Shown: piece after piece, positions 40,219 to 50,206 of the stretch
Numbering within the stretch: position 1 is the stretch's first letter
How the letters are laid out: the number at the start of each line of letters is the position of its first letter
Source: Thermodesulfobacteriota bacterium
GTDB lineage: Bacteria; Desulfobacterota; Desulfarculia; JACQYL01
NCBI GenBank assembly: GCA_963675595.2
Contig: CAXXLZ010000002.1
Coordinates: 2,656,001-2,720,000 of the forward strand
Direction: 5' to 3'
DNA: 64,000 nucleotides
Notes under the pieces: generated by a model
Databases searched by the model: none
Told to the model about the DNA's origin: nothing
Seen by the model: only the letters and a program-made list of their open reading frames with translations
Translations under genes and position numbers: made by a program

Positions 40219-40686
40219 ATGGACCTCTTTGAAGCACTTCCGGAAGAGCTTATTTTGCTCGATGTCGACTCCGAGGATAAGGAAAGCCTGTTCGTCAAGG
40301 TTGCGGTTCAACTGAAGAGTCTCGGATATATTCAAGACGAATACGAACTGGTTGAAAGTCTGAAGTACCGGGAAGAAATCATGTCCACGGGCATCGGCGA
40401 CGGGGTGGCTTTCCCGCACGCCGAACTCAGCGACCTCAAAGAACGCATCGTGGTCGTGGCCAGGCTGAAGAAGGCGGTTAAGTTCGAGGCGTTGGACCGG
40501 AAGCCCGTGGATCTCGCTTTCGTGCTCATTACCCCCAAGGGAAGGCACGACCACGTTTTGGACATCCTGGAGACTTTGGCCAGAATGATCCGAGACACGG
40601 ATCTCCTCGCAAGGATTCGTCGGGCCGCGGACGAAAAAGAAGTGCAGTTCGCTTTGAAGATGAGTAAGGATTGCGTCTTCGGCTGA
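40219..40686 (+). CDS. PTS EIIA (fructose/mannitol/Ntr-type) domain protein
   Basis: REEIMSTGIGDGVAFPHA phospho-His motif. Confidence 0.9.
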   Translation: MDLFEALPEELILLDVDSEDKESLFVKVAVQLKSLGYIQDEYELVESLKYREEIMSTGIGDGVAFPHAELSDLKERIVVVARLKKAVKFEALDRKPVDLAFVLITPKGRHDHVLDILETLARMIRDTDLLARIRRAADEKEVQFALKMSKDCVFG

Positions 40687-40746
40687 TATCAATCAGAGAT
40701 TTTTTGTACTGAAACCGAAGGGAGCCCTTCAAGGAGGCGTCTGAAG

Positions 40747-41190
40747 ATGTTTAGAATGCCCTCGAAAAAGTTCATGGACCCTATTTCCATTTCCAACGAG
40801 ATTGAAGAAATGTTCGACGGGTTCGTGAAAAAATACTGTGCCCCTGGAACATCTTTTCGTCCTGAATGGTCCCCCCCGGTGGATGTATCGCAGAAAGGGG
40901 ACGTGGCCGTGGTCAGAATCGAGCTACCCGGCGTGGATCCTCAGGAGTTGAATATTTCCCTGCGGGGAGACGTCCTCGATATCGCCGGTCTGAAACCAAA
41001 AGCCGGTACCGAGTGTGACGAGAATTTCCATCAGACGGAATGCGGGTGCGGCGGGTTTCATCGCTCCATCCGGTTGCCCTTCGCAGTCCAAGGCGACCAG
41101 GCTGAGGCCGTGTATGATCGCGGCATTTTGACCATCACCCTGCCTCGCTACCGAAATCCCGAGGGCAAGGTGGTCGTAAACGTGCAGTAA
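40747..41190 (+). CDS. Hsp20/alpha-crystallin small heat shock protein
   Basis: WSPPVDV, ELPGVD, F.RSIRLP and A.YDRGILTITLP motifs. Confidence 0.92.
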   Translation: MFRMPSKKFMDPISISNEIEEMFDGFVKKYCAPGTSFRPEWSPPVDVSQKGDVAVVRIELPGVDPQELNISLRGDVLDIAGLKPKAGTECDENFHQTECGCGGFHRSIRLPFAVQGDQAEAVYDRGILTITLPRYRNPEGKVVVNVQ

Positions 41191-41208
41191 GCGCCCGCTC
41201 CCGCCGAC

Positions 41209-42453
41209 TTACGGGCGGTGGAATGCCATGGCTGCATAAGATACAAAGGAACCCCGCCCGTCCACAATGGAGTGATCCAAAGTCAGCAGCTCCCCTCTCG
41301 CCTCGGGAAGCGCTCCCATGAGTGTATAGATGGGGGAGAAACCACAAATTCTCTTCCTGTGGTTGTCCCTGTGAACCCCATGAAGGAATGCCGCCCGGTT
41401 TCCATCCGAAACCATCTTCAATAAGACGCGGTCCTCTTCCAAAGAATCTTCCACCAGCTTTTCATCCGGTTGAAAATCATCTCCGTACCGGGGCCCGATA
41501 TGGTCCAGGTCCACGCTGGCCACCATGCAGATCCTGCCGTTCCTCGCCCCCACGAGTTCCCGCAAACGATTCGTGAAACGTTCGATCAGGTCCGCGTACA
41601 CTTCCAGCTCTTGTGCAACCAGGAAATGGGGATCGAAAGAACACAAAACGGGTACGATTTTGAAGTCGTGGTTGCCGCCGAACAGGTGTTGCAGGAAAAT
41701 GACCTGGAATTCGATGACGTGTTCGGTCCGGTGCGCCTGCTCTTCTTCCAAGAGATCCACAGGCACCCCGTCGTTTAAGGCGTCCACGAAAGCCCCGTCG
41801 GTTTCCACGGACCCGAAAGGAGTCGTAAATGTTTTCCGCGTACAGGAGAACAAATTCGCCAGTCCCTGGTGGCCGGTACCCAGTATGACGAAAAGGTCGG
41901 GAAGCGGGTCCGTGTTCGCGAGCGCCTGGTAGGCCTTCGCGAACGCGGGGCCGCCGGAACGTACGTCGATGTGAGGAGCCACAAGCGCCACCGGCGCCGG
42001 GCCTTTCGGCAAACCGGAAGAGCCCGATTTCAAAGAAGAATCGTAGAATCCATCCAACAGGTGCGCCAGCTCCCCGGGATCGTCGGGATACCCCGCTCCG
42101 CAATGAAACGCAGGACGAATGAGGCTTTCCCTGAATTCAGCGACCATGGCATCCCAAGCCCGACGAAAGGTCGGGTTGTCGAGAAGCAGATTGCCGTCCA
42201 ATGTCTGAACGAGGCGCTCCAAGTCTTCCAGAGGAACAATGAGGCCTCCGGAAAGTCGCACGATTTCCGCTTTGATGTCCGGCAGAGAACGTTTCCCGTC
42301 AAACAACCCCAGTACGGGAGCCGCTTCCAGCGGAAGGCACAAATCGCCCGAGCAGAGATGCAGAGGATCTCGGATCAGGAGCATACGTCTGCCGTCATTG
42401 AGGGTTATGGGGACGAATTCCAGGGGACGCAGCTTGGGGCATTCCTGTTCCAT
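41209..42453 (-). CDS. AmmeMemoRadiSam system protein B (MEMO1-like) with N-terminal extension
   Basis: VAPHID, ILGTGH, EHVIEFQ, ASVDLDHIG and ICG motifs. Confidence 0.88.
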   Translation of the reverse strand: MEQECPKLRPLEFVPITLNDGRRMLLIRDPLHLCSGDLCLPLEAAPVLGLFDGKRSLPDIKAEIVRLSGGLIVPLEDLERLVQTLDGNLLLDNPTFRRAWDAMVAEFRESLIRPAFHCGAGYPDDPGELAHLLDGFYDSSLKSGSSGLPKGPAPVALVAPHIDVRSGGPAFAKAYQALANTDPLPDLFVILGTGHQGLANLFSCTRKTFTTPFGSVETDGAFVDALNDGVPVDLLEEEQAHRTEHVIEFQVIFLQHLFGGNHDFKIVPVLCSFDPHFLVAQELEVYADLIERFTNRLRELVGARNGRICMVASVDLDHIGPRYGDDFQPDEKLVEDSLEEDRVLLKMVSDGNRAAFLHGVHRDNHRKRICGFSPIYTLMGALPEARGELLTLDHSIVDGRGSFVSYAAMAFHRP

Positions 42454-42669
42454 GATTCACTTCCTTTGCGTTTGCCGCGAATCGTCCGAATTGATCCAAA
42501 GAGCCGTCCATGGGGTTTCATCAGCATTGTCCACCTTGGTTTCCCACGGCGAATGATTACTTTGAATATTCTACGTGAATTCTTCATCCGTATGCAAACA
42601 GCGGGCCGGTACACGGCGATTCGATGAAGGGCCGCCCTGAACCGCGAAGCAACGGGAGGTCCATACTTC

Positions 42670-43548
42670 ATGATCCTGGGAGCCCACGTTTCCATCGCCG
42701 GGGGCTTGGATAAGGCGCCGGCACACGGCGCATCCATCAAAGCCGAAACGGTGCAGGTGTTCACGCGAAGCCAATTGCAGTGGGGCTCCGGCCCCCTGGA
42801 AAGCGAACAAGTACGGACATTCCGGAAAGGCATTTCGGCTCACAACCTGGAACCCGTCACCGTTCACGCTTCCTATCTAATCAATCCGGCCACCGGAGAC
42901 GAAGAGCTCCTTCACAAGTCCGCGGACTGTCTTGTGGATGATTTGGGCAGAGCCCACGCCTTGGGCGCCGAGTACTTGGTGCTTCACCCCGGGTCCCACG
43001 GAGGTGACGGAGAAAAGATCGGATTGACTCGTGCGGGCAATGCCTTGCGCGGGGTCCTGGAACAAGCCGGCGACGACCGTCCGATGCTGCTCCTGGAAAA
43101 CACCGCGGGCCAGGGAAACGGGATCGGGCACCGATGGGAGCACCTGCGGGACTTGCTCGAAACCCTTCAAGATTTCGGCGGAGTCGGAATCTGCGTGGAC
43201 ACCTGCCACGCCTATGCATCGGGCTACGACCTTTCCGAAGCAACCTACGACGATTTTGTCCGCGAACTGGATCGGATCGTGGGCCTCGAAGCCGTGCGCG
43301 CATTCCACCTGAACGATTCCAAGAGACTTCGGGGAAGCAGAGTTGATCGGCATGAGCGCATCGGTGCGGGGAGCCTGGGTCTGGAGGCGTTCCGACGACT
43401 AACCACGGACCCAAGATTCGCCGGTCTGCCCGGATACCTGGAAGTGCCGGGAGGGAATCCGGCCTACCGGGAGGACCTAAGACTTCTCCGTGGGCTCCGC
43501 GCCCCTTCCCGAAACACCAACATTTCGAACCGTTCCCCCCGCGGATGA
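42670..43548 (+). CDS. nfo: Endonuclease IV
   Basis: GAHVSIAGG, HASYLIN, HPGSH, LLENTAGQG, DTCH and HLNDSK...DRHE motifs. Confidence 0.95.
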   Translation: MILGAHVSIAGGLDKAPAHGASIKAETVQVFTRSQLQWGSGPLESEQVRTFRKGISAHNLEPVTVHASYLINPATGDEELLHKSADCLVDDLGRAHALGAEYLVLHPGSHGGDGEKIGLTRAGNALRGVLEQAGDDRPMLLLENTAGQGNGIGHRWEHLRDLLETLQDFGGVGICVDTCHAYASGYDLSEATYDDFVRELDRIVGLEAVRAFHLNDSKRLRGSRVDRHERIGAGSLGLEAFRRLTTDPRFAGLPGYLEVPGGNPAYREDLRLLRGLRAPSRNTNISNRSPRG

Positions 43549-43597
43549 CGACCCCCATTCCGTGAACCGCCGACCCCGGCGCGATTCGTGTGCCTGG

Positions 43598-44479
43598 ATG
43601 GTTCCGAAAGATTGTGCTAAGGTCTTGCGAATCGCGAGAGCACACCGGGAGGGAGCATCCGTGGACCCACGGAACAACCGCAAAGCAGGCATCGAGGAGT
43701 CGAGCCGCACGAAGCCGGGTTCGCGGGAACCCGAAAGTTGCCGCATTCTCTCTTTCGAAATCCTTTCCCGCTTTCCGGGCCTCGTGCAGGGAGTATTCTC
43801 CAGACGAGGAGGAGTCAGTCCCGAACCTTATGCGGGCTTGAATCTCGGTTACGGCACCGGCGACGCTCCGGACAACGTAACGAAAAACCTGGCGATCGCG
43901 AGACGGACCGCGGGCGTGGACCGCTGGTTTCTACTCGAACAGGTTCACGGCGATGATGTGGTCGTCGTCGAAGAAGAAAAGGACATTCCGCAAGCCGATG
44001 GAGCCGTCACGGGTCTGCGGGGAACGGGCCTGTTGATCCGTCAAGCGGACTGTGCTTCGGTGATTTTATACGACCCGGTTAAGAACGTGATCGGCGCGGT
44101 GCATTCGGGCTGGAGGGGATCCGTCGAGAACATCGTTGGAAAAACCGTGGACAAGATGAGGACGGTATTCGGATGCCTTCCCCGGGATTTGTGGGCGGGC
44201 CAAGGTCCCTCCCTCGGCCCGTGCTGCGCCGAGTATCGGGATCACAGGACAATGTTCCCTTCTTTCTGGGATCGCTATCACGTAGGCGACCGCCGATTCG
44301 ATTTCTGGAGCCTCGTGGAGGACCAGCTTTCACAGGCGGGCGTACCCCTTGCCCGGATCGAGTCTTGCCGAATCTGCACGCGATGCCGAACCGGAGATTT
44401 TTATTCCTATCGTGGTGAAGGGGTGACCGGGCGTTTCGGCACCTTCATCGGAATGACGGACGGAAACCCGTCCCCTTAG
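43598..44479 (+). CDS. pgeF: PgeF/YfiH family purine nucleoside phosphorylase/laccase-domain protein (start uncertain)
   Basis: SRRGGVS, QVHG, ADC, HSGWRG and FYSYR motifs. Confidence 0.88.
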   Translation: MVPKDCAKVLRIARAHREGASVDPRNNRKAGIEESSRTKPGSREPESCRILSFEILSRFPGLVQGVFSRRGGVSPEPYAGLNLGYGTGDAPDNVTKNLAIARRTAGVDRWFLLEQVHGDDVVVVEEEKDIPQADGAVTGLRGTGLLIRQADCASVILYDPVKNVIGAVHSGWRGSVENIVGKTVDKMRTVFGCLPRDLWAGQGPSLGPCCAEYRDHRTMFPSFWDRYHVGDRRFDFWSLVEDQLSQAGVPLARIESCRICTRCRTGDFYSYRGEGVTGRFGTFIGMTDGNPSP

Positions 44480-44547
44480 AAAGACTGAACAGGAGGCGCA
44501 AGGGCCGACCGGCCGGATTCGGCTTGTCTTCCCCACGCATTTTCGTA

Positions 44548-45330
44548 ATGTTTCAAACCCAAGCTCAAATCGTAGATCGTGTGGAATTGGAGGCGGAGTC
44601 CTATTTCCTGGACTGCCGGGCCCCGGAGATCGCCTCCACGGCCGAGCCCGGCCAGTTCGTCATGGTGCGGGTTTCCGACGGACTTGATCCGCTCCTGAGA
44701 CGCCCCTTATCCATTCACCAAGTAAGCGAGGAGCGTTTCGGGCTGCTCTTTCGAACGGCCGGTAAGGGCACGGCCTTGCTGAGTCGAAAAAGGATCGGCG
44801 CTTGGATCGACGTCGTGGGTCCCCTGGGACGCGGCTTCCGATGGTCGCCGGGTGTGGAAGAGGTTCTACTGGTGGCCGGGGGCCGAGGGGTGGCCCCGCT
44901 CCTGTTCCTGGCTCAGCGATTGGCGAAGGAGACTCCTCCTCCCAAAATGCGGCTGCTCTACGGAACACGGACCAAATCCGAAATCGTGAGAACCGAACCT
45001 TTCAAGGCCCTGGGAGTCGAGGTGCTCACCGCAACGGAAGACGGAACCGAAGGATATCACGGCATGGTCACCGATCTGCCGCCTTCTCTGATCTCGCAAG
45101 GGCGCACTGCGGTTTTTGCCTGCGGCCCCACGGCCATGTTCCGGGCACTGTCCTCCGCGATCTCCGATCCCCTGATTCCCGTTCAGGTCTCCATGGAAGC
45201 GCACATGAGTTGCGGATTGGGCGCCTGTCGAGGATGTGTGGTGAAATCCGGACACGGTTATGCGCACGTCTGCCAAGACGGCCCCGTGTTTGCCATCGAA
45301 GACCTGAACTGGGAGGAGGACGTCCATTGA
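44548..45330 (+). CDS. pyrK: Dihydroorotate dehydrogenase electron transfer subunit
   Basis: PGQFVM, LRRPLSI, GPLGRGF and CGLGACRGC...VCQDGPVF motifs. Confidence 0.94.
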   Translation: MFQTQAQIVDRVELEAESYFLDCRAPEIASTAEPGQFVMVRVSDGLDPLLRRPLSIHQVSEERFGLLFRTAGKGTALLSRKRIGAWIDVVGPLGRGFRWSPGVEEVLLVAGGRGVAPLLFLAQRLAKETPPPKMRLLYGTRTKSEIVRTEPFKALGVEVLTATEDGTEGYHGMVTDLPPSLISQGRTAVFACGPTAMFRALSSAISDPLIPVQVSMEAHMSCGLGACRGCVVKSGHGYAHVCQDGPVFAIEDLNWEEDVH

Positions 45331-46253
45331 GCGAAACATCTCCTTCCCTCAGGATGGAGTTCGGCGGTCTGGTTCTGAAGAACCCCGTGATGACGGCGTC
45401 GGGGACTTTCGGCTACGGCACGGAATTCGTTCCCTTTTTGGACCTGAGTCAACTGGGAGCCTTGGTGGTCAAAGGCATATCCCTCGAACCGAGGCAGGGG
45501 AACAAACCTCCGAGAACCGCGGAGACGCCCTGTGGGATGATCAACGCCATCGGGCTGGAAAACGTGGGCCTCGACCGATTTCTGTCGGAAAAACTTCCCG
45601 CCCTGCAATCCTTCGACGTTCCCGTGGTGGTAAACATCCTGGGTGAAGAAAAGGACGAATACGTTCGGTTGGCCGAGCGTCTCGGCGAAGCGTCCGGCGT
45701 GTCCGCCATCGAATTGAATGTTTCCTGTCCCAATGTGCGCGCCGGGGGAAGGCTTTTCGGCCTGGACCCGCAGGCTCTCGAGAATCTGGTGTCGGCCGTT
45801 CGCAAGACCACTCGACTGCCCCTCTGGGTCAAACTGACCCCGCTGGTTACGGACATAACCGCCATGGGTAAGGCCGCGCGACAGGGAGGCGCCGACGCCC
45901 TTTGTATCGGGAACACGTTCCCGGCCATGGTGGTGGACGTCAAAACCCGCAGACCCAAGTTGGGAAACGTGATCGGAGGACTTTCGGGTCCTGCGATCCG
46001 CCCCATCATGGTGCGTCTGTGCCGGCTGCTTGCCGAATCTTCGGAACTCCCCATCATAGGAATCGGCGGAATCACCCGCGCCGAAGACGCCCTCGAGTAT
46101 ATCCTCGCCGGCGCGTCCGCGGTTCAGGTGGGCACCGCGAATTTCACCAACCCTCGGGCCACCATGGACATTTTGACAGGCCTCCGTACCTATTTGGAAG
46201 AGAATCGGATTCCTGGTCTTTCGAATCTGGTGGGCGGCCTGATCACGGATTAA
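45327..46253 (+). CDS. pyrD: Dihydroorotate dehydrogenase class 1B
   Basis: NPVMTASGTFG, NVSCPN, GGLSGPAI and VQVGTANF motifs. Overlaps the pyrK stop. Confidence 0.95.
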   Translation: MSETSPSLRMEFGGLVLKNPVMTASGTFGYGTEFVPFLDLSQLGALVVKGISLEPRQGNKPPRTAETPCGMINAIGLENVGLDRFLSEKLPALQSFDVPVVVNILGEEKDEYVRLAERLGEASGVSAIELNVSCPNVRAGGRLFGLDPQALENLVSAVRKTTRLPLWVKLTPLVTDITAMGKAARQGGADALCIGNTFPAMVVDVKTRRPKLGNVIGGLSGPAIRPIMVRLCRLLAESSELPIIGIGGITRAEDALEYILAGASAVQVGTANFTNPRATMDILTGLRTYLEENRIPGLSNLVGGLITD

Positions 46254-46393
46254 GGCACCGCTCGGGTGTTCGTAACATACCCTCACAAGGAGGCTCTTCG
46301 CTCCTGAAGCGAAGGAACCGTTGAAGGCGTTGAAACGAGGATGGGGTCGCTATGCGGACCCAACACGGCCTCATCCCCGAGCGATTGGGACTC

Positions 46394-47356
46394 ATGGAAC
46401 TCCATACCTCAGTGGATCAATTTCTGGCGTTCATCCGAGTTGAGCGGGGTCTCTCGGACAACACGGTGGACGCCTACAGCAGGGATCTGGCGCGTTTGGT
46501 CGATTCCCTGGTCTCCATGGGAATCGGCTCCGCCGATGAGGTGGAACCCCTGCACATCCACCGATTCCTTGTGGATTTAGAAGACCGGAAACTCGCAAAA
46601 CGGACTAAGGCGCGCATTCTCTCGGCCGTGAGAACCTACTTCAAATTCCTGTTGCGGGAACGGATCGTTCCCTCAAATCCCACTGAAAACATTGAATCTC
46701 CCAAACTGGGGAGAGCGCTCCCGCATTTTCTCACTCTCGAAGAAGTGGAGCGTCTCCTGGAGCAACCCGATACGCTGACCCCCAGGGGCGTGCGAGATCG
46801 GGCCATGCTGGAGACTCTATATGCCGCAGGGCTGAGAGTTTCCGAGTTGATCGGGCTGAAGCTGGACGATGTCAACTTCGTAGTGGGATTTGTCAAAGCG
46901 CTGGGAAAAGGAAAGAAAGAAAGAATCGTGCCTCTGGGAGAAACCGCGATCAAGTGGTTGCGACGATACCGGGAAGAGGAACGTCAACTGGTTTCGTCCC
47001 GGGCCGACACGGATCACCTCTTCATCAATCGAAGGGGAAAGCCCCTCACGCGTCAGTGGTTCTGGAAGAGAATCAAATCATACGCCCTGGCGGCGGGTAT
47101 CCACAAGGAAATCAGTCCTCATGTGTTGAGACACTCTTTCGCCACACACCTGCTGAACAACGGAGCGGACCTCCGTTCCCTGCAACTTCTTTTGGGGCAC
47201 GCCGACATTTCCACCACTCAGATTTACACGCACATCACCTTGGAACGTCTCAAAGAGGTACATCGAAAGTATCACCCGAGGGAGTACGCACCGGTGAGCG
47301 CTCACGAAATCACAAAGACCGCATTTCCCGACGGCCGGAAGCCGGAAGAAACCTGA
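46394..47356 (+). CDS. xerD: Site-specific tyrosine recombinase XerD
   Basis: LYAAGLRVSEL, HVLRHSFATHLL and LLGHADISTTQIYTH motifs. Housekeeping context. Confidence 0.93.
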   Translation: MELHTSVDQFLAFIRVERGLSDNTVDAYSRDLARLVDSLVSMGIGSADEVEPLHIHRFLVDLEDRKLAKRTKARILSAVRTYFKFLLRERIVPSNPTENIESPKLGRALPHFLTLEEVERLLEQPDTLTPRGVRDRAMLETLYAAGLRVSELIGLKLDDVNFVVGFVKALGKGKKERIVPLGETAIKWLRRYREEERQLVSSRADTDHLFINRRGKPLTRQWFWKRIKSYALAAGIHKEISPHVLRHSFATHLLNNGADLRSLQLLLGHADISTTQIYTHITLERLKEVHRKYHPREYAPVSAHEITKTAFPDGRKPEET

Positions 47357-47451
47357 GGACATCACCGTTTTGAAAAGAAGCAGCCGGCGGCCCGACAGGT
47401 ACGGCGAATAGGTCCCACTCAATCACTAGTAGAAAGAATGCGGAAAGACGG

Positions 47452-50127
47452 ATGGAAGTCATCACCACGCACTTGAACGCGGATTTCGACGCCATGGCCT
47501 CCATGGTGGCCGCGAAGAAACTCTACCCCAACGCGATCGCCGTCTTTCCCGGGTCCCAGGAAAGGAACCTGAGGAATTTCTTCGTGGAATCCATGGTGTA
47601 CGATCTGGGCCTGTCCAAGCTGAAATCGGTGCCGATGGAACAAGTTACCAGGCTGATCCTGGTGGATACTCGTCAGCGAACGCGAATCGGTCCTTTCGAG
47701 GAAATCGTGGATCGTGAAGGCCTGAGTATACACATCTACGACCACCATCCGCCCACCAAATGGGACGTTCACGGAGAAGTCGAAGTCATCAAGGAGGTGG
47801 GTTCCACCACCACGATCCTCACCCGGATGATCATCGAGCGAGGGCTGGAACTCACATCGGACGAGGCGACCATACTCGCTTTGGGGATTTACGAGGACAC
47901 GGGATCCTTCACCTTCACTTCCACGACGGAAGAAGACTATTACGCAGCCGGGTTCCTTCGGAAAAAGGGGGCAAACCTGGGCCTGGTTCAGGACATGCTC
48001 ACCCATGAACTGACGGTCGAGCAGGTGACCCTCCTCAATGACATGGTCCAGTCCGCCGAGACGCACGTGATCAACGGGGTTGAAGTGATGGTGACCAAAG
48101 TGGCGTCGGAGGAGTATGTGGGTGACTTCGCCGTCCTGGTTCACAAGCTCGTGGATATGGAAAACGTGCCCGCGGTTTTCGCTTTGGCTCAAATGGAGGA
48201 CCGAGTCTACATCGTTGGAAGGAGTCGAATTCCCGAGGTAAACGCAGCCGACGTGCTGATCCCCCTGGGAGGAGGTGGACACTCCACCGCGGCTTCCGCT
48301 TCGGTCAAGGAACTGCCCCTGAATCAGGCGGAGCAAAAACTGCTGCGGAACCTTAAAAGCAAGGTCAATGCCAGCAGGACCGCGAGAGACATCATGAGTT
48401 ATCCGGTGGTGAGCGCACGCCCCGACCAAACCCTGGCTTCCGCCGCCGAAACCTTGGTTCGGTACAGCATCAACGTGCTTCCCATCATGGAGAACGGTGC
48501 GGTTCTGGGGCTCGTCACCAGGCAGGTGGTTGAAAAGGCCGCATACCACGGCCTGAAAGACCTGCCGGTGAGTGAATACATGACTTCCGATTTCTCCACC
48601 GTGTTTCCAGATGCGGGCATCTCGGAGATTCAGGAAAAGATCGTGGCCGAGAATCAACGCATGCTTCCCGTGGTGGAAGAAGGAAAGCTGGTGGGTGTCA
48701 TCACTCGCACCGATCTTCTCAACACCCTCATGGATACGCCCCTCACCGGCCAACAGCTTTATGACGGCCGGCAAGGAAAGGAGTTCACCAGAAAGAAGAA
48801 CCTCACCAGCCTCATGAAGGAACGCCTCAACCGGGAAATCGTCGAACTCCTGAAGTCCCTGGGCAGAATCGCCGACGGAGCGGGCGTAAGCGTTTACGCG
48901 GTGGGTGGATTCGTGCGAGACCTGCTTCTCAGACGTCAAAACCTGGACATCGACGTGGTTGTGGAAGGGGACGGCATCGCATTCGCACAGAAATTCGCGC
49001 AAGAGCGTGGGAACGTCCGGGTCCGGACTCACAAGAAATTCGGAACGGCCGTTATCTTATTTCCGGACGGATTTTCCGTGGACGTGGCCACCGCCAGGCG
49101 AGAGGTCTACATCAGTCCCGCCGCCCTTCCCATCGTGGAGTCCAGTTCCATCAAGCTGGACCTGTACCGCAGGGATTTCACGATCAACACCCTGGCCCTG
49201 CAGCTCAACAATCGGTATTTCGGGACCCTCATCGACTTTTTCGGAGCTCAGAAAGATATTCGGGAACGCACGATTCGCGTTCTGCACAACTTAAGCTTCG
49301 TCGAAGACCCCACCCGCGTGTTCCGCGCCATTCGTTTCGAAAAAAGGTTCGGTTTCAGAATCGGCAAGCTCACTCGCCAACTGATCGACAACGCTCGGCG
49401 GATCGACGTGTTTAAAGGACTGAGCGGCCGCAGGCTTTTCCACGAGCTCGAACTGATGTTGAGCGAGGAGCATCCGGTGCTGAGTATCGCCCGAATGAAC
49501 GACTTCAAACTTCTGTCCGTGCTTCATCCCGCCCTTAAGTTCGATGGAAAGCTGGAGGACCTTTTTTTCCGCGTCGACGTGGTGCTGAACTGGTTCGAAC
49601 TGCTTTACCTGGACGAACGGTATTCTAAATGGAAGACCTACTTGCCGGCTTTGGGAGATCAACTGACGGGTGCGGAATTCGAGACGCTTCTGAAGCGCTT
49701 TGAGATTTCCAAGGCCATTGTCGGAGAATTGGTCAAGGCCAAGCAGGACGTCGAGCTCCTATCCAAGCGGGTTCCCCCGAGAAAGGAGCTCTTACCGGGC
49801 GAAATCCACGAACTGCTGCATGGAGTGTCCGTTGAGTGTTTGTTGTTTCTGATGGCGAAAACCGCCAAAGAGAATTTAAGAAAGGCAATCTCCACGTATT
49901 TCACAACGGTTCGGAGAGTGCATACCATCCTCCGCGGGCGAGACCTTCGGGAAATGGGCTATCCGCCGGGCCGTCATTACGGAAAAATTCTGAATACGTT
50001 GTTTATGGCCAAATTGAACGAAGAAGTGGGAACCCGGGAAGAAGAAATGACCTTTGTCCGGGAGCGGTTCCCTTTGTGCGATTTTACTCAGGGCCGTCTC
50101 GGCGTGGCGCGTCCACCGCACCGTTGA
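47452..50127 (+). CDS. tRNA nucleotidyltransferase (DHH + 2 CBS + class II NTase; A-adding type)
   Basis: H.NADFD, YDHH, GGGH, CBS pair, VGGFVRD...DID, RRDFTIN and EDPTR motifs. Confidence 0.92.
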   Translation: MEVITTHLNADFDAMASMVAAKKLYPNAIAVFPGSQERNLRNFFVESMVYDLGLSKLKSVPMEQVTRLILVDTRQRTRIGPFEEIVDREGLSIHIYDHHPPTKWDVHGEVEVIKEVGSTTTILTRMIIERGLELTSDEATILALGIYEDTGSFTFTSTTEEDYYAAGFLRKKGANLGLVQDMLTHELTVEQVTLLNDMVQSAETHVINGVEVMVTKVASEEYVGDFAVLVHKLVDMENVPAVFALAQMEDRVYIVGRSRIPEVNAADVLIPLGGGGHSTAASASVKELPLNQAEQKLLRNLKSKVNASRTARDIMSYPVVSARPDQTLASAAETLVRYSINVLPIMENGAVLGLVTRQVVEKAAYHGLKDLPVSEYMTSDFSTVFPDAGISEIQEKIVAENQRMLPVVEEGKLVGVITRTDLLNTLMDTPLTGQQLYDGRQGKEFTRKKNLTSLMKERLNREIVELLKSLGRIADGAGVSVYAVGGFVRDLLLRRQNLDIDVVVEGDGIAFAQKFAQERGNVRVRTHKKFGTAVILFPDGFSVDVATARREVYISPAALPIVESSSIKLDLYRRDFTINTLALQLNNRYFGTLIDFFGAQKDIRERTIRVLHNLSFVEDPTRVFRAIRFEKRFGFRIGKLTRQLIDNARRIDVFKGLSGRRLFHELELMLSEEHPVLSIARMNDFKLLSVLHPALKFDGKLEDLFFRVDVVLNWFELLYLDERYSKWKTYLPALGDQLTGAEFETLLKRFEISKAIVGELVKAKQDVELLSKRVPPRKELLPGEIHELLHGVSVECLLFLMAKTAKENLRKAISTYFTTVRRVHTILRGRDLREMGYPPGRHYGKILNTLFMAKLNEEVGTREEEMTFVRERFPLCDFTQGRLGVARPPHR

Positions 50128-50206
50128 AACATTCCGGAACGGCCTTACATCCGGTTTTGCGGTTCAATGCGCAACGGCTGAATTCGCCGTGCCTTGCCGG
50201 CAAAGC

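Noticed and set aside
41209-42453. Complete AmmeMemoRadiSam system
   Set aside because: Only the MEMO (B) component is present here. The AMMECR1 and radical SAM partners are not in this window.
46394-47356. Tyrosine recombinase as an island or phage integrase
   Set aside because: It has typical XerD sequence and size in a housekeeping operon, with no att sites or mobile cargo.
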